Part shown: positions 22,770-32,000 of the stretch, one piece after another
Position numbering within the stretch: position 1 is the stretch's first letter
Layout: every line of letters begins with the position of its first letter
From: Erysipelotrichaceae bacterium OH741_COT-311
GTDB lineage: Bacteria; Bacillota_I; Bacilli_A; Erysipelotrichales; Erysipelotrichaceae
Reading direction: 5' to 3'
Assembly (NCBI GenBank): GCA_003858585.1
Contig: RQZE01000005.1
Location: 90,001 to 122,000 of the forward strand
DNA: 32,000 bases
The notes under the pieces: model-generated
Database searches by the model: none
What the model saw: the letters and a program-made list of their open reading frames with translations, nothing else
Told to the model about the DNA's origin: nothing
Made by a program: the position numbers and the translations under genes

Positions 22770-25149
22770 ATAACTTCCAAATATCAGAAGCATATTCTTT
22801 AATGGTACGATCTGAACTAAAATAAGCCGATTTAGCAATATTATACAAACAACTTCTAGCCCAATTTGCTTGATCTAAGTAGCGAGCACGCACTGCTTCT
22901 TGTGCTTTTACATAGCTATCAAAATCTGCAAATAAGAAATACTCATCATTGCGATAAATCAATTCATCAAAAATCATCTTAAACTCATTGACATCCGTAC
23001 TAAATGTACCATTAATTAACGAATCCATCACCTTCTTAATACGAGGATCACGATTATAGTAATCAATACAGTTGTAAGAAAATCTTAATTCTTCTACTTC
23101 ATGTGCCTTTAATCCAAAAATAATATCATGCTCACGTGTAACCAAACGGTCAATTTCAACATTGGCACCATCTAACGTACCAAGTGTTAAAGCTCCATTC
23201 ATCATAAACTTCATATTACCGGTACCGGAAGCCTCTTTTCCTGCTGTCGAAATTTGTTCTGATACATCTGCTGCATTCATTAAGTATTGAGCAACTGTAA
23301 CACGATAATTCGGTATAAAAACTACTTTAATATACTTACTAATTCGAGCATCCTTTTCAATCACGCTTGCAACACTATTAATCAACTTAATTACCTTTTT
23401 CGCAAAATGGTAAGCCGGAGCTGCCTTTGCCCCAAAGATAAAGGTCGTCGGAACCATCTTAAAACTTGGATCTTCCTTCATACGTAAATATAAATAAATG
23501 ATATGCAAGATGTTTAGCAATTGACGCTTATACGCATGCAGTCTCTTTGCCTGAACATCAAATATAGTATTTGTATCTAACTCAATATCATATTGGTCTT
23601 TTAAAAACTTCGCTAAAATTTCTTTACGCTCATGCTTAATTTCTAAGAAACGCTTTTGTACTGCCTCATCATTAATATACGCTTCTAACTTCCCTATTTG
23701 ATTAATATCCTTACGTAAATCTACGCCACAAGTCTCTTCAATAAATTTAGTAAGCTGTGGATTTGAGTACAACAACCAACGACGATGTGTAATACCATTG
23801 GTTTTATTATTAAATTTTTCAGGATAAATATTCGCAAAATCTTTAAAGACATCGTGAATTAAAATATCCGTATGCAATTGAGCTACCCCATTTACACTAC
23901 TTGAACCAACAATCGCTAAGTTTGCCATACGTACATTGCCATCATGAATAATCGATACACGATTAAATAACTCAGCATCATTATACTTATGACGAATAAA
24001 TCCTTTAAAACGATTATTAATCTCCTCAATAACCATATAAACACGAGGTAATAACTTACTTACATACTCACAAGGCCACTTTTCCAATGCCTCTTGCATA
24101 ACTGTATGATTCGTATAACACATTACTTTATTCATAATGTCCCACGCTTTATCCCATGAGTAATGATACTCATCCATTAAGATGCGCATTAACTCCGGAA
24201 TCGCTAAAACAGGATGCGTATCATTTAATTGAATCGTAACTTTATCCGCTAAATTATCCAAAGAAGGATAATCTAACAAGTGATTGTTAATAATAGATTT
24301 TAAACCCGCAGCCACAAAGAAATACTGTTGTTTTAAACGCAAATACTTGCCATGTTCATTAGAATCATCCGGATAAACATTCAAACAGATTTCATTTACA
24401 CCTGCTAAATAATCACGAAAATCAATATTGCTTGGTATTTGATCACTAGCTTCTGCCGACCATAAACGAAGGGTATTGGTTTGTGTAGTATCTTGTCCGA
24501 CAATCGGTATATCACATGGTACTGCACTGACATGTTGACAATCCACATGATCAAAATACATTTCACCGCTTTCTGAAAACTTCATCTCGACACGACCCCA
24601 AAACTTTACATCTACCGCTTGTCTTGGTTTACGAATTTCCCATACATTTCCTAAACGTAACCATTGATCCGGTACTTCTACTTGATAACCATTTACAATC
24701 TTTTGTTTAAATAAACCATATTGATAACGAATACTATTTCCATTAACAGGATAATTTAAAGAAGCACTTGAATCCAAGAAACAAGCAGCCAAACGACCTA
24801 AACCACCATTACCAAGCCCTGCATCCGATTCAATTTCTTCTAACTCATTAATATCAAATCCTAACTCACTTAAACCTTCTTGAGCAATTTCATATAACCC
24901 CAAATTCATTAAATTATTTGTCAATAAACGACCCATTAAAAACTCTAGTGAAAAATAATACACTTGTTTATTTTTATGGCGTTTATTTTCTTCTTTTGTC
25001 TTTTTTAAATTAATTGATGCATACTCACGTACCATTTCTCCTAAAATAGAATAACGCTCAATACTACTAACTTCTTCTACACTACGACCATACGTCTTTT
25101 CTATTTCTTCCAGAAATGCTCTTTTAAATTCCTCTTTATTTTGAAACAT
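22768..25149 (-). CDS. glgP: Glycogen/maltodextrin phosphorylase (GT35, 793 aa)
   Basis: PLP-lysine region EASGTGNMKFMMNGALTLGTLDGANVE, plus GLGNGGLGRLAACFLDS. Confidence 0.95.
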   Translation of the reverse strand: MFQNKEEFKRAFLEEIEKTYGRSVEEVSSIERYSILGEMVREYASINLKKTKEENKRHKNKQVYYFSLEFLMGRLLTNNLMNLGLYEIAQEGLSELGFDINELEEIESDAGLGNGGLGRLAACFLDSSASLNYPVNGNSIRYQYGLFKQKIVNGYQVEVPDQWLRLGNVWEIRKPRQAVDVKFWGRVEMKFSESGEMYFDHVDCQHVSAVPCDIPIVGQDTTQTNTLRLWSAEASDQIPSNIDFRDYLAGVNEICLNVYPDDSNEHGKYLRLKQQYFFVAAGLKSIINNHLLDYPSLDNLADKVTIQLNDTHPVLAIPELMRILMDEYHYSWDKAWDIMNKVMCYTNHTVMQEALEKWPCEYVSKLLPRVYMVIEEINNRFKGFIRHKYNDAELFNRVSIIHDGNVRMANLAIVGSSSVNGVAQLHTDILIHDVFKDFANIYPEKFNNKTNGITHRRWLLYSNPQLTKFIEETCGVDLRKDINQIGKLEAYINDEAVQKRFLEIKHERKEILAKFLKDQYDIELDTNTIFDVQAKRLHAYKRQLLNILHIIYLYLRMKEDPSFKMVPTTFIFGAKAAPAYHFAKKVIKLINSVASVIEKDARISKYIKVVFIPNYRVTVAQYLMNAADVSEQISTAGKEASGTGNMKFMMNGALTLGTLDGANVEIDRLVTREHDIIFGLKAHEVEELRFSYNCIDYYNRDPRIKKVMDSLINGTFSTDVNEFKMIFDELIYRNDEYFLFADFDSYVKAQEAVRARYLDQANWARSCLYNIAKSAYFSSDRTIKEYASDIWKL

Positions 25150-27020
25150 TATACAACTTCCTTTCTCTTACGACCTCTTCTTTTAACTGGTTTTTCTTTT
25201 GCAAGGCGAAACACAATCCCTGCAAAAGGAGCTAAACGAATATTAATACTATAAGGTAAGTGATGACTACCATACTCATTTGTATATAACGGGAAGTAAT
25301 TACACATATTGCATCCTTCATAAATATCTTTTTCCGTATTCATTATTTCAACATATTCCCCTTGATATGGAACCCCTAATGTAAAATGTTCATAACCTAC
25401 AGGAAGCATATTCAATACTGTCACATATACGTGATCTTCATCCTCACGATAATAAGAATAAATACTTTGATCAACATTATCCGCATCAATCCATTGAAAT
25501 CCTTGATAATCAAAATCATGTTCAAACATCGCTTTTGATGAAGTATATATAAAGGACATATCCTTAAAGAATCTTAAAAATGAGGCATGACGAGAATTGC
25601 CTAACAAAGACCAATCACAAGGACGATCTTCATCCCATTCACGGAACATCGCCAATTCATTACCCATGAAATTCAATTTCTTACCAGGATGCGTTAACAT
25701 ATATACATATAAGGTTTTCGCTTGAGCAAACTTTTGATCATAATTTCCCCACATACGGTCAATAATCGTCTTCTTTCCATGTACCACTTCATCATGAGAA
25801 AGTGGTAATAAGAAACGTTCCGAATAAAAGTAAGCCATAGAGAATGTTAAATCATGATGATGATGTTTTCTAAAGATAGGATCTTTTTTAAAATACTTCA
25901 ATGTATCATTCATCCAACCTAAATCCCATTTATAATCAAAACCTAAACCACCATCGATTGTAGAATGCGTTACTTTAGGAAAATCGCTTGAATCTTCAGC
26001 TATCAACATAACGCCAGGAAACTTTGTACTAATATGGTAATTTAAACGACGAATGAATGCTAAAGCTCCTTCATTAACACCCTTATCACTATTACCACCC
26101 CAATAAATTAAATTTTTAACCGCATCCATACGAATACCGTCTACATGGAAATAATCACACCAAAAAGCCGTTGCACTCATTAAGAAGGAACGAACTTCTT
26201 CCTTCCATAAATCAAAGTTCATAGTACCCCATTCACTTTCGGCATCATGACTGTTTGGATATTCATAAAGAGGAGTACCATCAAAATAACGCAATCCGAA
26301 ATCATCTTTTACATAATGAACAGGAACCATATCTAAAATCACACCAATGTTATGCTTATGACACTCATTGATCAACTTCATCAAATCTTTTGGTGTACCA
26401 TAACGAGATGTTGCACTGAAATACCCATAAGCTTGATAACCCCAAGATCCATCAAATGGATGCTCAATAAGAGGCATAAGCTCAATATGTGTAAATCCAT
26501 TATCCTTTACATAAGGAATTAATTCATCGATAAACTGAGTATAATTATACCAATAATGTCCATTTTTTCGCCAAGATCCTAAATGAACTTCATAGATATT
26601 AACCGGCTTATCAAAGTTCTTTGTACGCTTTTTTAACCAACGGGCATCTGCCCATTTAAACCCATCTAATTTATATATAATAGAACCACTTGATGGACGT
26701 AATTCACTATAAAATGCATAAGGGTCACTTTTATCTTTTACTTGTCCATCAAAAGTATAAATACGATACTTATAACTATAGTTATCTGTAAGCCGAGGCA
26801 CGAATAACGAATAAATCCCTCGATCAGAAACTTTCTCCATACGATGCTGATAACCATTCCAATCATTAAAGGAACCGATTACTTCTATTGCACTTGCATT
26901 AGGTGCCCACACCGTAAAACGTACACCTGAAACATTTTCATGAACTATGTGTGCTCCAAAAATTTTATAAGCATCTGTACAATGTCCATAGTGAAAACTA
27001 TCTAATAATTCTTGATTCAT
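25149..27020 (-). CDS. glgB: 1,4-alpha-glucan branching enzyme (GH13_9, 623 aa)
   Basis: CBM48-like N-terminus (GVRFTVWAPNA). GH13 motifs DMVPVH, GIRMDAV, IAEDSS and LSHDEV. TAATG overlap with glgP. TATAAT at 27044-27049 (minus strand) upstream of SD GGAGG. Confidence 0.95.
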   Translation of the reverse strand: MNQELLDSFHYGHCTDAYKIFGAHIVHENVSGVRFTVWAPNASAIEVIGSFNDWNGYQHRMEKVSDRGIYSLFVPRLTDNYSYKYRIYTFDGQVKDKSDPYAFYSELRPSSGSIIYKLDGFKWADARWLKKRTKNFDKPVNIYEVHLGSWRKNGHYWYNYTQFIDELIPYVKDNGFTHIELMPLIEHPFDGSWGYQAYGYFSATSRYGTPKDLMKLINECHKHNIGVILDMVPVHYVKDDFGLRYFDGTPLYEYPNSHDAESEWGTMNFDLWKEEVRSFLMSATAFWCDYFHVDGIRMDAVKNLIYWGGNSDKGVNEGALAFIRRLNYHISTKFPGVMLIAEDSSDFPKVTHSTIDGGLGFDYKWDLGWMNDTLKYFKKDPIFRKHHHHDLTFSMAYFYSERFLLPLSHDEVVHGKKTIIDRMWGNYDQKFAQAKTLYVYMLTHPGKKLNFMGNELAMFREWDEDRPCDWSLLGNSRHASFLRFFKDMSFIYTSSKAMFEHDFDYQGFQWIDADNVDQSIYSYYREDEDHVYVTVLNMLPVGYEHFTLGVPYQGEYVEIMNTEKDIYEGCNMCNYFPLYTNEYGSHHLPYSINIRLAPFAGIVFRLAKEKPVKRRGRKRKEVV

Positions 27021-27050
27021 TGCTTACCTCCGATTACCTATACATTATAC

Positions 27051-27085
27051 AAAAAAAACACTTCAATGAGTAGAAGTGTTTTTCA
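27051..27085 (-). terminator. Rho-independent terminator of the alpha operon (after rplQ)
   Basis: On the minus strand: AAAAACACTTC-N8-GAAGTGTTTTTTTT. Confidence 0.7.
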
Positions 27086-27096
27086 TTTTGTATAAA

Positions 27097-27459
27097 TTAA
27101 ACAAGTTCAATTGTCGCCATTGGTGCATTATCACCACGACGATTGCGAGTCTTCACTACTCTTGTATATCCACCATTACGGTCTTGATATTTAGGAGCTA
27201 CTTCACTAAATAATTTTTGAAGTACAGTTTGACCTTTTTCTTCATCCGCAACTACATCTCTGATGTATGAAGCAGCTAAACGACGAGCATGTAAATCACC
27301 ACGTTTACCTAATGTTACTAAACCATCTACAACCGAACGTAACTCTTTCGCTTTCATTTCTGTTGTTTCAATTTTACCATGAAGGATAACATCGGTAGCC
27401 ATGTTTCTTAACATTGCTTTACGGTGATCAGCAGTACGTCCTAACTTACGATTCCACAT
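27097..27459 (-). CDS. rplQ: 50S ribosomal protein L17
   Basis: [20 protein letters not shown]..., 120 aa, and position after rpoA. Confidence 0.95.
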   Translation of the reverse strand: MWNRKLGRTADHRKAMLRNMATDVILHGKIETTEMKAKELRSVVDGLVTLGKRGDLHARRLAASYIRDVVADEEKGQTVLQKLFSEVAPKYQDRNGGYTRVVKTRNRRGDNAPMATIELV

Positions 27460-27480
27460 AAATCAATCTCTCCTTACTTT

Positions 27481-28440
27481 CTATTCAAATGATCTAAAAC
27501 TTAAGCCAAGTTCATAGACTTTTTCTTTCACTTCTTTTAAAGACTTCTTACCTAGATTACGAACTCTCATCATTTCGTCTTCTGTTTTTTGTAATAATTC
27601 TTCTACGGTTTGAATTCCTGCACGCTTTAAGCAGTTATATGAACGAACTGACAAATCTAAATCCTCAATCATCATATTTGATGACTTACTATTTACTTCA
27701 CCAGAAGCATCTTTCATAAGTGAATCCATACCAGCTACTAATTGATCTACATTTGTTAAAATATCCAAATGGTCAATTAAAATTTTTGAACCAAGAGCCA
27801 AAGACATTTGCGGTGTGATTGAACCATTAGTCCATATTTCAAATACTAAACGATCATACTTTGCATCTTGACCAACACGAGTTGGCTCTACATTATATGA
27901 AATACGTTCAATTGGTGTATAAATAGAGTCTGTGTAAACAGTTCCAATACCTTGAGATGAACCTTGGTATAGTGCTTTGTTTCCATCAGCACTGATATAT
28001 CCACGACCATTTTTCGCTTTTAGCTCCATTTCAAGAACGCCACCTTTTTCAAGATGAGCAATTTCTAGATCTGTATTTAAAATTTCAACACCTGTTGGAC
28101 AAATAATATCCCCAGCTGTTACAGTCATAGGTCCTTTGCAAGAAATTCGTAAAGTATAAGTTTCATCATCATCAATTTTCATTACAAGTTTCTTTAAATT
28201 AAGAATCATCATTGTAACATCTTCTTCAACACCTTTAATTGAAGTAAACTCATGATACACACCATCAACTTTAATCGAATAAACTGCAGCCCCTGGTAAA
28301 GAGGATAAAAGTACACGACGCAATGCATTACCAATAGTTGTTCCAAAGCCTCTTTCAAGTGGTTCTAAAACAAATTTACCATAGTTATCTGATTCAACAT
28401 ACTCTTTGATTTCAAATTTAGCACGTTCAAATTTTTGCAT
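27481..28440 (-). CDS. rpoA: DNA-directed RNA polymerase alpha subunit
   Basis: GFGTTIGNALRRVLLSSLPG. C-terminal domain IEDLDLSVRSYNCLKRAGI. 319 aa. Confidence 0.95.
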   Translation of the reverse strand: MQKFERAKFEIKEYVESDNYGKFVLEPLERGFGTTIGNALRRVLLSSLPGAAVYSIKVDGVYHEFTSIKGVEEDVTMMILNLKKLVMKIDDDETYTLRISCKGPMTVTAGDIICPTGVEILNTDLEIAHLEKGGVLEMELKAKNGRGYISADGNKALYQGSSQGIGTVYTDSIYTPIERISYNVEPTRVGQDAKYDRLVFEIWTNGSITPQMSLALGSKILIDHLDILTNVDQLVAGMDSLMKDASGEVNSKSSNMMIEDLDLSVRSYNCLKRAGIQTVEELLQKTEDEMMRVRNLGKKSLKEVKEKVYELGLSFRSFE

Positions 28441-28468
28441 ACGCTTATTTCCTCCTTAGTTATATTAA

Positions 28469-28861
28469 TTATCCACGAGGTCTCTTTGGTGGACGGCATC
28501 CATTATGTGGAATTGGTGTTACATCATTGATCACTGTGATTTCTAAACCAGCAGTTTGTAATGATCTAACAGCAGCTTCACGTCCAGGACCAGGTCCTTT
28601 TACATTAACTTCAACAGTTTTCATACCATGATCAACTGCAGCCTTTGCAGCAGCTTCACTACACATCTGTGCAGCATAAGGTGTAGATTTACGAGAACCC
28701 TTAAACCCTAATGCCCCTGCACTTGACCAAGCGATTGCATTACCAGCTTCATCAGTAATTGTCACGATAGTGTTATTAAATGTTGAATGAATGTGTGCAA
28801 CGCCTTTGGCGATATTCTTTTTAACACGTTTTTTACGTGCACCAGCTTTTACATTTGCCAT
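28469..28861 (-). CDS. rpsK: 30S ribosomal protein S11
   Basis: [18 protein letters not shown] ... [15 protein letters not shown], 130 aa. Confidence 0.95.
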   Translation of the reverse strand: MANVKAGARKKRVKKNIAKGVAHIHSTFNNTIVTITDEAGNAIAWSSAGALGFKGSRKSTPYAAQMCSEAAAKAAVDHGMKTVEVNVKGPGPGREAAVRSLQTAGLEITVINDVTPIPHNGCRPPKRPRG

Positions 28862-28880
28862 TTCTTATCTCCTCCTATCG

Positions 28881-29246
28881 TTATTTCTTCTTATTAGCTA
28901 CAGTACGACGAGGTCCTTTACGTGTACGAGCATTTGTTTTTGTACGTTGTCCACGTACTGGAAGTCCCTTACGATGTCTTAAACCGCGATAGCATCCAAT
29001 TTCCATTAAACGCTTAATGTTTAATTGCACTTCACGACGTAAGTCTCCTTCTAATTTGATTCCATCTAATTTTTGACGGATAGCGTTAATTTGATCATCA
29101 GTTAAATCTTTAACACGAATATCTTCACTAATGTTACATTCTGCTAAAACTTTTTTTGCAACTGATGGACCAACTCCATAGATATAAGTTAATGATATTA
29201 CAACACGTTTGTCACGTGGAATATCGACACCAGCAATACGAGCCAT
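28881..29246 (-). CDS. rpsM: 30S ribosomal protein S13
   Basis: [24 protein letters not shown]..., 121 aa. Confidence 0.95.
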   Translation of the reverse strand: MARIAGVDIPRDKRVVISLTYIYGVGPSVAKKVLAECNISEDIRVKDLTDDQINAIRQKLDGIKLEGDLRREVQLNIKRLMEIGCYRGLRHRKGLPVRGQRTKTNARTRKGPRRTVANKKK

Positions 29247-29264
29247 TTTTCGTTTTCCTCCTAA

Positions 29265-29378
29265 TTAACCTTGACGTTGTTTGTGTTTAGGGTTTTCACA
29301 AATAACCATTACGCGGCCTTTGCGCTTAATGATACGGCACTTATCGCATATTGGTTTGACAGATGGTCTTACTTTCAT
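29265..29378 (-). CDS. rpmJ: 50S ribosomal protein L36
   Basis: Not in the ORF track (37 aa). Minus-strand translation: [37 protein letters not shown], with SD GGAGG upstream. Confidence 0.95.
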   Translation of the reverse strand: MKVRPSVKPICDKCRIIKRKGRVMVICENPKHKQRQG

Positions 29379-29397
29379 GCGTTTTCCCTCCTAAGAC

Positions 29398-29616
29398 TTA
29401 TTTATGTCTAAATGTTATACGCCCACGTGTTAAATCATAAGGTGAGATTTCCACAGTTACACGATCCCCTGGTAAAATGCGAATGTAATGCATACGGATT
29501 TTACCAGAAACGTGAGCTAGAATTTCGTGACCGTTACTTAACTTCACCTTAAATTGTGCATTGGGAAGTGTATCCTCAATGACACCATCAATTTCAATTA
29601 CATCTTGTTTGCCCAT
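29398..29616 (-). CDS. infA: Translation initiation factor IF-1
   Basis: 72-aa S1-like fold: [43 protein letters not shown]. Confidence 0.95.
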   Translation of the reverse strand: MGKQDVIEIDGVIEDTLPNAQFKVKLSNGHEILAHVSGKIRMHYIRILPGDRVTVEISPYDLTRGRITFRHK

Positions 29617-29628
29617 AGATTTTAAAAA

Positions 29629-30381
29629 CTAATCCTCCTTAGTTAAAATTTCATATCCATCTTCTGTAATATAGATAGTATGTTCGAAATGTACTGATAA
29701 ACTTTTGTCTTTTGTTACTACTGACCAGCCATCAGCAAGAACTTTGGTAAAAGGTTTGCCTTTGATTACCATGGGTTCGATCGCAACCGTCATGCCTTTT
29801 TTTAAAGTCATACCTGTATTGCAATACCCAAAATTAGGGATAGCCGGTTCTTCATGTAGAGAACGACCAATACCATGACCAGTATACTCCAGTGGAACGC
29901 TATATCCGGCGTTTCTTACATAGTTTCCTATCGCACTGGAAATATCACCTACACGTACACCGTCTTTTACTTGTTTTAAACCTTCATATAAAGCAAGCTC
30001 ACCAATCTTCAATAGCTCCTGTGCTTCTTGGCTAACATTACCAACTTTATAGCTCCAAGCACTATCTCCGTGATAACCTTTAAAACAAGCCCCAATATCA
30101 ATTGAAATGATATCTCCATCGTTTAAGATTACATCATCACTAGGTACTCCATGGACCACACAATCATTAACCGATGTACAAATAGATGCCTTAAATCCTC
30201 CATAACCTAAAAAAGACGGAGTCGCACCCATAGAAATTATAAACTTTTTTGCTATAAAATCCAAGTGTTTTGTTGAAATACCTGGACGAATTTCACTTTT
30301 TAAGCGCTTGTGTGTCAAAGCGACAATTCGTCCAGCTTCTTTCATATAACTTACTTCTTCTAAATTCTTAATTGAAACCAT
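29629..30381 (-). CDS. map: Type I methionine aminopeptidase
   Basis: Metal-ligand motifs VVHG, DIGA, GHGIG and EPM. 250 aa. Confidence 0.95.
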   Translation of the reverse strand: MVSIKNLEEVSYMKEAGRIVALTHKRLKSEIRPGISTKHLDFIAKKFIISMGATPSFLGYGGFKASICTSVNDCVVHGVPSDDVILNDGDIISIDIGACFKGYHGDSAWSYKVGNVSQEAQELLKIGELALYEGLKQVKDGVRVGDISSAIGNYVRNAGYSVPLEYTGHGIGRSLHEEPAIPNFGYCNTGMTLKKGMTVAIEPMVIKGKPFTKVLADGWSVVTKDKSLSVHFEHTIYITEDGYEILTKED

Positions 30382-31028
30382 TAAATTTGTTTGATTGCTC
30401 TTTCAATATCTTTAAAGATTTCATCTACAGGTTTCCCTGCTTGAATATCAACAACTAAACCTTGTTTACGATAATACTCTAAAACAGGCTCTGTATTCTT
30501 TTTGTGCTCCTGTAAGCGAATTTCAAGTTGCTCTACCGTATCATCACTACGTTGTACTAAGTTGTTGCCACACATATCACATACACCTTCCACCTTGCTA
30601 GGCTTATTCTTAATATGATAGATAGAACCACAATTTTTACATAAACGACGACCTGTAATACGATCAGCCAACACTTCAAAATCCACTACTAAATTAATTA
30701 CACAATCAATGTTCTTATTGTTTGTGTGTAAGATTTCATCAAACGCTTCGGCTTGAACCAACGTTCTTGGAAACCCATCCATTAGGAAACCAACCTTGGT
30801 ATCATCTTGCTTAATGCGTTCATCAACCATGGAATTAATCAATGTATCCGGAACAAGCTTTCCGGCATTCATGTAGTTTAATGCTTCAAGACCAAGAGAA
30901 GTTTGCTTTTTCACCGCTTCACGAAGCATATCACCAGTAGAAATATGTGCAAGTTGATACTTTTGTTTGATTTTTTCAGACATTGTCCCTTTGCCACTTC
31001 CAGCTGGACCCATAATTAATAAATTCAT
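30381..31028 (-). CDS. adk: Adenylate kinase (zinc-lid type)
   Basis: P-loop GPAGSGKGT and lid CKNCGSIYH...CDMCG. Start moved to ATG 31028 (MNLLIMG), 6 nt after GAGGTG, because the track's GTG lies inside that SD. Confidence 0.95.
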   Translation of the reverse strand: MNLLIMGPAGSGKGTMSEKIKQKYQLAHISTGDMLREAVKKQTSLGLEALNYMNAGKLVPDTLINSMVDERIKQDDTKVGFLMDGFPRTLVQAEAFDEILHTNNKNIDCVINLVVDFEVLADRITGRRLCKNCGSIYHIKNKPSKVEGVCDMCGNNLVQRSDDTVEQLEIRLQEHKKNTEPVLEYYRKQGLVVDIQAGKPVDEIFKDIERAIKQI

Positions 31029-31039
31029 CGTATACACCT

Positions 31040-32000
31040 CTATTTATTTAAGAAACCACGATATTGTTTTTGAGTCATTTGACCCTTCAATTGACTCATT
31101 GTTTCCATTGCAACCCCAACAACGATAATAATACCAGTTCCACCTACAGCAGTTGATGCACTAAGTGAAGTAAACATTGGTAGTAAATGCGGAATTAATG
31201 CAACAACCAGTAAGAATATAGCCCCCAAAACCGTAATACGATTTAAGACTTTTGTAACATATTCTTTTGTTTCATTTCCCGGACGAATACCCGGAATATA
31301 CGTTCCAGATTTTCCTAAGTTTTCCGCAATTTTTGCTGGATCAACTTGCAAGTTTGTATAGAAGAATGTAAATAAAACAATTAATACTCCATAAATTGTT
31401 AAACCTACAGGCTTTTGTAAACTTAAAAAACTAGCAACTGCTTGATACTTTGCAGTATCAATAAAGCTTAACACAATCTGTGGTGCTGTCATAATTGCAG
31501 AAGCAAAGATAACAGGAATAACAGATGCAGAGTTAATCTTCAACGGTAAGAACGTAATATCATTTTTACCCTTTTGAAGAGAACTCGATGTATATTGAAT
31601 TGGAATCTTACGAACAGCAAGTTGCATAAAGATAACCAACACAATAATTAATAAATACATTAGGATATATGCTCCAAATGTAAAAATACCATTCATCATA
31701 GCACTACGACTAGATGTATCTACTAAAATACTAAATACTTGGATGAAGGTAAATGGAATTGAAGAAACAATCCCTGCAAAGATAATAATCGAAACACCAT
31801 TACCAATACCTTTTGTACTGATTTGATCTCCAATCCACAGTAAGAACATGGTTCCCGCTGTAAAGACAATCGAAACATAGAAATACGTAGCTAAACTGCT
31901 ATTCACTAAAATTGGAGTCGATTGATGATTGAACGCATAAATCATTGTATATGCTTGAACAAAAGATAATACTACGGCTAAATAGCGTGTAATACGATCT
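31040..32000 (-). CDS. secY: Preprotein translocase SecY (N-terminus outside the window)
   Basis: The frame stays open upstream of the track's Met 31945 to the window edge (DRITRYLAVVLSFVQAYTMIYAF...). The C-terminal half of a roughly 430-aa SecY is present. Confidence 0.95.
   Translation of the reverse strand, partial: DRITRYLAVVLSFVQAYTMIYAFNHQSTPILVNSSLATYFYVSIVFTAGTMFLLWIGDQISTKGIGNGVSIIIFAGIVSSIPFTFIQVFSILVDTSSRSAMMNGIFTFGAYILMYLLIIVLVIFMQLAVRKIPIQYTSSSLQKGKNDITFLPLKINSASVIPVIFASAIMTAPQIVLSFIDTAKYQAVASFLSLQKPVGLTIYGVLIVLFTFFYTNLQVDPAKIAENLGKSGTYIPGIRPGNETKEYVTKVLNRITVLGAIFLLVVALIPHLLPMFTSLSASTAVGGTGIIIVVGVAMETMSQLKGQMTQKQYRGFLNK

Noticed and set aside
2510-28982. Antisense or shadow ORFs in the track:
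- 2510-2812
- 3899-4120
- 4117-4377
- 6021-6215
- 9017-9226
- 9955-10215
- 10582-10767
- 12907-13251
- 14094-14282
- 15549-15776, 15773-15973, 16015-16203 and 16161-16349
- 18346-18534
- 23287-23487
- 28791-28982
   Set aside because: - Each lies fully or largely opposite a well-supported conserved gene.
- None has an SD.
- Their composition is low-complexity, Leu/Ser/Phe/His-rich, as expected for the reverse frame of AT-rich coding DNA.
31040-31945. secY as a complete 301-aa gene starting at Met 31945.
   Set aside because: The frame is open upstream to the window edge and encodes SecY-like sequence (TRYLAVVLSFVQA). The gene is truncated by the window, not short.
1-32000. A search by eye for CRISPR arrays, IS elements or transposases, rRNA genes, complete tRNA genes, riboswitch or T-box leaders, and recognisable defence-system genes (restriction-modification, Abi, CBASS, retron-type and similar).
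   Set aside because: - The only tandem repeats are two-copy (3019-3041 and 6199-6232).
- All long intergenic regions are too short or lack the conserved cores of T-box or riboswitch leaders.
- No ORF shows nuclease, methylase, reverse-transcriptase, cyclase or transposase motifs that I can recognise.

Overview
Low-GC Firmicutes-type chromosome segment; the lineage cannot be verified here. All homology calls are motif recognition by eye, with no database search, so family names are hypotheses.

The left ~6.7 kb is accessory DNA:
- (i) The integrase-proximal end of a temperate phage or integrative element: a cro-like / cI-S24 switch with back-to-back promoters, small moron-like ORFs, a tyrosine integrase, and a 19-nt tRNA 3'-end att copy at 3108-3126. 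The element continues leftwards off the window.
- (ii) Directly beyond that att copy, a decayed piece of a second phage's head-morphogenesis module. It holds an N-terminally truncated MuF/gp7-type domain fused to a GNAT-like domain and broken by a 1-nt shift in an A7 run, a 62-aa downstream ORF with its own terminator, and a frameshifted scaffold fragment.
- (iii) A ~0.5-kb AT-rich gene-free gap.
- (iv) A PadR-DUF2812 pair with a tandem-repeat operator, plus an orphan 70-aa ORF.

The remaining ~25 kb is core: cytoplasmic alpha-amylase, ldh, gpx-msrAB, a pfl cluster with an MFS transporter, an AlaX-L-like protein, livKHMGF plus a CBS/ACT protein, hemolysin-III, glgB-glgP, and the tail of the spc/alpha ribosomal operons (secY-adk-map-infA-rpmJ-rpsM-rpsK-rpoA-rplQ).

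The two most noteworthy observations:
- Pyruvate formate-lyase is encoded as a 701-aa catalytic core plus a separately translated, translationally coupled 80-aa glycyl-radical subunit.
- The MuF-GNAT plus small-ORF cassette has the layout of a phage polymorphic toxin/immunity pair.

I saw no rRNA, complete tRNA, CRISPR array or transposase.
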